A stretch of 11,592 nucleotides of DNA from Spirulina sp. (GTDB lineage: Bacteria; Cyanobacteriota; Cyanobacteriia; Phormidesmidales; Phormidesmidaceae). The stretch lies in contig JBIPSI010000063.1 in assembly GCA_044070495.1 (NCBI GenBank), positions 1 to 11,592 on the forward strand. The letters run 5' to 3'. Of this stretch, positions 7,565 to 11,592 are shown one piece after another (position 1 is the stretch's first letter; each line of letters opens with the position of its first letter). The position numbers and the translations under genes were made by a program. Below the pieces are notes generated by a model. That model did not search any database. It was not told where the DNA came from and saw only the letters and a list, made by a program, of their open reading frames with translations.

Positions 7565-7669
7565 CGCAGCCCCCAACGATGAACATCTATGACCAGGGTA
7601 GATCCTGATGGCTTACCCACGCTTCAATCGGGCGAGAAGACCTCACCCCTGCCATTAGAGCGCTAGAGA

Positions 7670-8395
7670 CTACGCAGATTCTGCCTCCGATCCCTCACTA
7701 CCGGGCGGCTCGAACTTGTAGCCCACTCCCCGTACCGTTTGAATCAGGGCAGGTTCGTTGGTGTCTTTTTCAATTTTTTTGCGAATCTGGCCGATGTGGA
7801 CATCCACCACCCGCTGATCCCCCACATAGTCGTAGTCCCAGACCTTTTGAATCAGTTCCGCCCGTCGCCACACGCGACCGGGGTGGCTAGCTAGGAAGTG
7901 CAACAGATCAAACTCTAGGGCGGTCAGGGGCACCATCTCATCGTGGAGCATCACCTCCCGCCGCACCGGATCAATCACCAAACTATTGAAGGTGAGACAC
8001 TGCTGTTCAGCGGCGGTCACCGGACGCTGGCGTTTGAGAATGGCTCCTACTCGCACCTCCAGTTCCAGCAGGCTAAAGGGTTTGGTCAAATAATCGTCGG
8101 CCCCCTCCGCAAAGCCCCGAATTTTATCCGCCTCATCGGTGCGACTAGTCAGCATCAGCACAAAGACACCCGTCCGCGCCTGCATCTCCTTACACAGGTC
8201 GTAGCCGTTGGTATCGGGCAGGTTCACGTCGAGGATCACCAAGTCGGGCGTGAACTGCTCAAACACGGCTAGAGCTTTTTTGCCGTCCTCGGCGGATTCC
8301 ATTTCGTAGTCCTGTTTCGCCAAAAAGCGATAAATCAAATTGCGAATTGCAGGATCGTCGTCAACAACCAGGATTTTGGCCTCCGCCATGGTCAT
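7670..8395 (-). CDS. OmpR/PhoB-family two-component response regulator, 241 aa (alternative start 8389)
   Basis: Receiver domain: ILVVDDD, DLVILDVNLP (phospho-Asp), MLTS, GADDYLTKPF. Winged helix: LTALEFDLL, VDVHIGQIRKKIE, IQTVRGVGYKF. Confidence 0.96.
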   Translation of the reverse strand: MTMAEAKILVVDDDPAIRNLIYRFLAKQDYEMESAEDGKKALAVFEQFTPDLVILDVNLPDTNGYDLCKEMQARTGVFVLMLTSRTDEADKIRGFAEGADDYLTKPFSLLELEVRVGAILKRQRPVTAAEQQCLTFNSLVIDPVRREVMLHDEMVPLTALEFDLLHFLASHPGRVWRRAELIQKVWDYDYVGDQRVVDVHIGQIRKKIEKDTNEPALIQTVRGVGYKFEPPGSEGSEAESA

Positions 8396-8730
8396 AACCT
8401 TTGGTCTAAATGATCTGAACGAATGAGAACGTAGATGGCTCTACCGCCCATCCTCAAGGGAACAAGAGCGCGGTTCTTTCAGATTCTTCAAGCATTTTCT
8501 AGGTTTTCCGCCACAAACCGCCGCATCGTTCCCTAGCTTACTAGAGATTTTTATGAAGATGCCATGCTGGCCACCGTAAAACCACATAACTTTCTAGCGT
8601 ACCTAATCTCTCCAACGGAACATTGGCGGGCGCAGCGGGTCGGCGGAACCCTAGGTTTCCCTGGTTAGGGGCCATCTCAATCCGGGTACTGTCCCCTCGA
8701 TAGGGCGATGGGGCACCCATCCCAAGCCCC

Positions 8731-9030
8731 CTAGCGGCGGCTGTAGAAAGACACCTCAATATCGGCGCACCAGCTTGCCGTGAGGTTTTCGTAAAGGAAC
8801 ACCCGCTCCACCTGGTAATAGACGCCATCGCGAAACAGGCAGTCTCCCACACGGGGGATGATGGGGTAGGTGGCAAACCAGAGGGCATCCTTGGTGGGGG
8901 CGTTGGGGGTTTTGCTGCGGGCCGCCAAATAAAAAACTTGCACCTGATGCCCCTTTCCCCCAAGGGCTGACGGAGTGGTGGGGGTTGGGGGCAGATTACC
9001 AGTCTTGCGGGACGATTTTCGTTGGGCCAT
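8731..9030 (-). CDS. Hypothetical protein, about 99 aa
   Basis: The ORF from ATG 9030 (MAQRKSSRK...) has a basic, disordered N-terminus and a globular-looking C-terminus (YPIIPRVGDCLFRDGVYYQVERVFLYE...DIEVSFY). It fills an otherwise empty gap. No family recognised. Confidence 0.65.
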   Translation of the reverse strand: MAQRKSSRKTGNLPPTPTTPSALGGKGHQVQVFYLAARSKTPNAPTKDALWFATYPIIPRVGDCLFRDGVYYQVERVFLYENLTASWCADIEVSFYSRR

Positions 9031-9344
9031 CGGTTTTCCCCTACCAACACACAGGCACAACAGAGGTTCTACCACAGCTTATCCAAGGGCGCATCCTGGT
9101 TCATCGATTCCCCCAAGCCGCCCTTCCTTGACGCCCCCTATCCGCTTCGTATCTTAACGACTGTCCTGCCAGAGTTCACCATTTCGATATGGGAATTCTG
9201 GTAGGACTATTTAAAATAGTAAGAAAGGTAAACAAAGTGCAGGCTAGTACGTGCGCCTAGGCTTCCGCCCTTTCAGCGACCTTCCCCAGGCCACCCTCCA
9301 GCGTTGATGTTACTTTCCTCGATTGTTTCTCCATAGGTCGTTCC

Positions 9345-9695
9345 ATGCTGTCGTCCCTTTCTACCCCTCCCTCCCCCTCCCACGCCGACGATGCCGACTA
9401 TGTGCTAGGTCAAACGGGAGATACCGTTATCTACATCTTTCCCAGCGGCGATGCCCTGATGAACCGAGATGCCGCCGAAGCCCCTGCGGCCCTGGTCGAC
9501 CATCAGCAAAGAAAGGCGTCCTACGTTCCTGTCCCACCAACCTCAGATGCCCACAGCCCCGATGACGCTGCCCTGATTGATCGTCTGCTGGCGGAGGGCC
9601 GTTTAACGGTGGCCCAGGTGCAGGTGGCCCGCTACGATCAAGAGGTAACGGGGATGTCCTTAGCCGAGTCCCTCACCCTGCGCGGCTGGATCTAG
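9345..9695 (+). CDS. Hypothetical protein with C-terminal MshEN-like motif, 116 aa
   Basis: The C-terminus LIDRLLAEGRLTVAQVQVARYDQEVTGMSLAESLTLRGWI follows the cyanobacterial MshEN-like pattern LG..L..AGL.S..Q..VAL.DQ...GM..GEIL..RGWI. Confidence 0.75.
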   Translation: MLSSLSTPPSPSHADDADYVLGQTGDTVIYIFPSGDALMNRDAAEAPAALVDHQQRKASYVPVPPTSDAHSPDDAALIDRLLAEGRLTVAQVQVARYDQEVTGMSLAESLTLRGWI

Positions 9696-9797
9696 ACCCC
9701 TTACCAAGCGTCGATGCCCCTGGCACAGCACCCCCAAGGATAAGCCTCTATTTTTCGAGTAAATCCGCATGGGCAACCCCCAATTCCTAGCCCGACA

Positions 9798-9849
9798 GCC
9801 CCTAGGGGCGAGGAAACCTCGCCTGCTGATGCGGGGAGCAAAGCATCAG
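9798..9849. terminator. Cluster of short inverted repeats downstream of tilS (convergent intergenic region)
   Basis: GCCCCTAGGGGC palindrome (9798-9809), GGCGAGG-AAA-CCTCGCC (9807-9823), CTGATGC...GCATCAG (9826-9849). Confidence 0.35.
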
Positions 9850-9852
9850 GAT

Positions 9853-10857
9853 TTAAGACGATTGACAAGGGATGAGCCAAATCTGATCCGCCTCCACCCT
9901 GGCCAGCCAGCCACCGGGGAAGGGATCGGTTTGGCTACGGTTGGGGGCGGAAATTAAGGCCACCAGTTTTTCCACATGGTCAAAGGTAACAGGGGCCGTC
10001 ATGACCTGCTGCAACAGCCGCCGCAACACCCGCCGCTGCAAGGCTAGGGGGGCGGGTTGTAGGGCAGAACGCTGAATCACCCAGGATGAATCCTGTTTCT
10101 GTACTGTTTTGACGTACAGGGCTTCGGTCATGTGATCCAAAAGCGCCACCTCCGCCGTGAGGATTTCAGCGGTTTGGGCCAGGGTTTGTTCGACCTTCGG
10201 GTTAAAATGGCGCTGCAATAGGGGAAACACCTCTAAACGCAGACGGTTGCGAGCATAGGTGAGGTCGGTGTTGGTGCTGTCGATCCACACCGGCAGGTTG
10301 AATTGTTGGCAGAACTGTGCGGTGTCTTGGCGAGTGAGGTCTAGCAGGGGGCGCACCACCGTTAGACCAGGATAATCGGGACTGAGGGGACGCTGCCACC
10401 CTAGGGCTTGGAGGCCATCGGTGCCACTGCCGCGCAGCAGGTTGTAGAGCAGGGTTTCAGCGCGGTCGGTGGCGGTGTGTCCGGTGGCGATGTGGGTGGC
10501 TCCCAGGGTTTGAGCCGCATGGCCTAGAACCCGGTAGCGCCATTGGCGGGCGGCGGCTTCGGTGGTGGGATGGGGGTCGGCAGCGATCACCTGGCAGGGA
10601 ATGCTCCAGCTTTGGCAGAGATTCTCCACAAAAGCCGCATTTTCAGCGGAATCAGGCCGCCAGCCGTGGTCGCAATGCACCGCCCACAGCCGCCAGTGCC
10701 ATTTGGGCTGCAAATCCACCAAAAACTTCAGCATCGCCACGGAATCTTGCCCCCCCGACACCGCCACCACCACACCGCTACCCTGGGGCAGCAGGGATCG
10801 CCCCCGTAGCCCTCGGTGAATCTGGGCATGGCGGTCGCTCCAAGGGAGACGTGGCAT
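9853..10857 (-). CDS. tilS: tRNA(Ile)-lysidine synthase, 334 aa
   Basis: PP-loop VAVSGGQDS, plus HCDHGWR, EAAARQWRY, TGHTATDRAETLLYNLLRGSG, VRPLL and DSTN...YARNRLR. Confidence 0.97.
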   Translation of the reverse strand: MPRLPWSDRHAQIHRGLRGRSLLPQGSGVVVAVSGGQDSVAMLKFLVDLQPKWHWRLWAVHCDHGWRPDSAENAAFVENLCQSWSIPCQVIAADPHPTTEAAARQWRYRVLGHAAQTLGATHIATGHTATDRAETLLYNLLRGSGTDGLQALGWQRPLSPDYPGLTVVRPLLDLTRQDTAQFCQQFNLPVWIDSTNTDLTYARNRLRLEVFPLLQRHFNPKVEQTLAQTAEILTAEVALLDHMTEALYVKTVQKQDSSWVIQRSALQPAPLALQRRVLRRLLQQVMTAPVTFDHVEKLVALISAPNRSQTDPFPGGWLARVEADQIWLIPCQSS

Positions 10858-10863
10858 TAGCCC

Positions 10864-11346
10864 CTAACCGCCGTAGTTCCAGCCCGTGCTTTCCAGCAGC
10901 AGGGGTTCGCCCTCGCGATGGATTGCCGCCCCCACCACTTCGCCTACAAAAACCGTATGGTCACCATGCTCTACACTGCCTACCACGCGGCATTCCACGT
11001 AGCCTAGGGTGTCTTTGATGATCGGACATCCAGTTTCGGGGCCGGGATAGAATTCGATGTCTTCAAACTTGTTGCCCACCCGCCGCAGGGGCTTAAAGAA
11101 GTTTTGGGCCAAGTCCTTCTGTCCGGCTTCCAAAAAGCTGAGGGCAAAGACGCCGCTGGCCTTCAGCATAGCGTGGGAGGTGGAGTCGTTTTTGACGCAG
11201 TTCACCACCAGGGGCGGCTGGAAGGAGGCCTGCATCACCCAACTGGCGGTGAAGCCATTCAGGTTGTCACCATCCTTAACACCACAGATATACAGCCCGT
11301 GGGGGATTTTGCGTAGCAGTGTTTTTTTAGCCTGTTCGTCGAGCAC
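10864..11346 (-). CDS. Flavin reductase-like FMN-binding protein (DIM6/NTAB family), 160 aa, GTG start
   Basis: LRKIPHGLYICG, NGFTASWVMQASFQPPLV, SGVFALSFL, TGCPII, ECRV, GDHTVFVGEV and a terminal YGG are hallmark motifs of the family. Confidence 0.93.
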   Translation of the reverse strand: MLDEQAKKTLLRKIPHGLYICGVKDGDNLNGFTASWVMQASFQPPLVVNCVKNDSTSHAMLKASGVFALSFLEAGQKDLAQNFFKPLRRVGNKFEDIEFYPGPETGCPIIKDTLGYVECRVVGSVEHGDHTVFVGEVVGAAIHREGEPLLLESTGWNYGG

Positions 11347-11455
11347 GGCTTACCTACTTAATTACGTCACGAAAGGTCATTATGGCCAGTGTAGGTCTTC
11401 GTGGGGGGTCTTGCAGGGCGAATGCTCCCCACAAGACCGTTCTACAGAACCCTAA

Positions 11456-11592
11456 GAGGATATTTAAAAACACGGAGATGAGGTATTAAACCCCTCACGC
11501 GAGCCTCCGTAGCATGATGCGAATCATGGCGATGTGAATGAAGGCCTCCGAGGATTCGGGTAAGCGCTCGTAATCGACATTGAGGCGACGAC
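11456..11592 (-). mobile_element. End of an IS5-family (IS1031-like) insertion sequence, partial
   Basis: The transposase C-terminus is followed by a probable terminal IR, GAGGATATTTAAAAA (starting at 11456 on the + strand), flanked by TAA (11453-11455). This fits the TWA-type 3-bp target of this group. Confidence 0.82.
11495..11592 (-). CDS. IS5-family transposase, C-terminal fragment (5' part outside the window)
   Basis: The minus strand translates to RRLNVDYERLPESSEAFIHIAMIRIMLRRLA* (TGA at 11497-11495), the characteristic RRL..DYE.L...SEA.I..AMI..ML.RL terminus. It is not in the ORF track. Confidence 0.9.
   Translation of the reverse strand, partial: RRLNVDYERLPESSEAFIHIAMIRIMLRRLA

Noticed and set aside
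8541..9050. 169-aa minus-strand ORF overlapping the 99-aa hypothetical gene
   Set aside because: It is a low-complexity Pro/Arg-rich alternative frame. The 8731..9030 frame looks far more protein-like.
9237..9250. NtcA-like GTG-N8-TAC
   Set aside because: The first half-site is non-canonical and lacks the usual A/T-rich flanks. Such matches arise often by chance.

Overview
Cyanobacterial chromosomal window, most likely from a GC-rich filamentous Leptolyngbya/Nodosilinea-like organism; the taxon is inferred from protein families and repeat types. Left to right: (1) the AT-richer end of an integrative element sitting at the 3' end of tRNA-Gly(CCC). It carries a broken tyrosine integrase (in-frame TGA just before the catalytic TGCRPSE motif, C-terminal catalytic half missing), candidate arm-type repeats and a perfect 17-bp hairpin. 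(2) An RND efflux pair (MFP plus AcrB-like transporter) whose 202-bp spacer is filled by a GTAG-type REP/REPIN-like element and a (GGGGTGA)n heptamer tract. (3) A divergent HetZ-family regulator without patU. (4) An orphan OmpR-family response regulator. (5) Two small divergent hypothetical genes, one ending in a degenerate MshEN-like motif. (6) A flavin-reductase-like gene tightly linked to tilS. (7) The end of an IS5-family (IS1031-like) element about 110 bp upstream of that gene pair. I see no clear-cut novel system. The most interesting items are the decayed integrase/att region, the composite repeat element inside the efflux operon, and the HetZ-like / response regulator / MshEN-like cluster.
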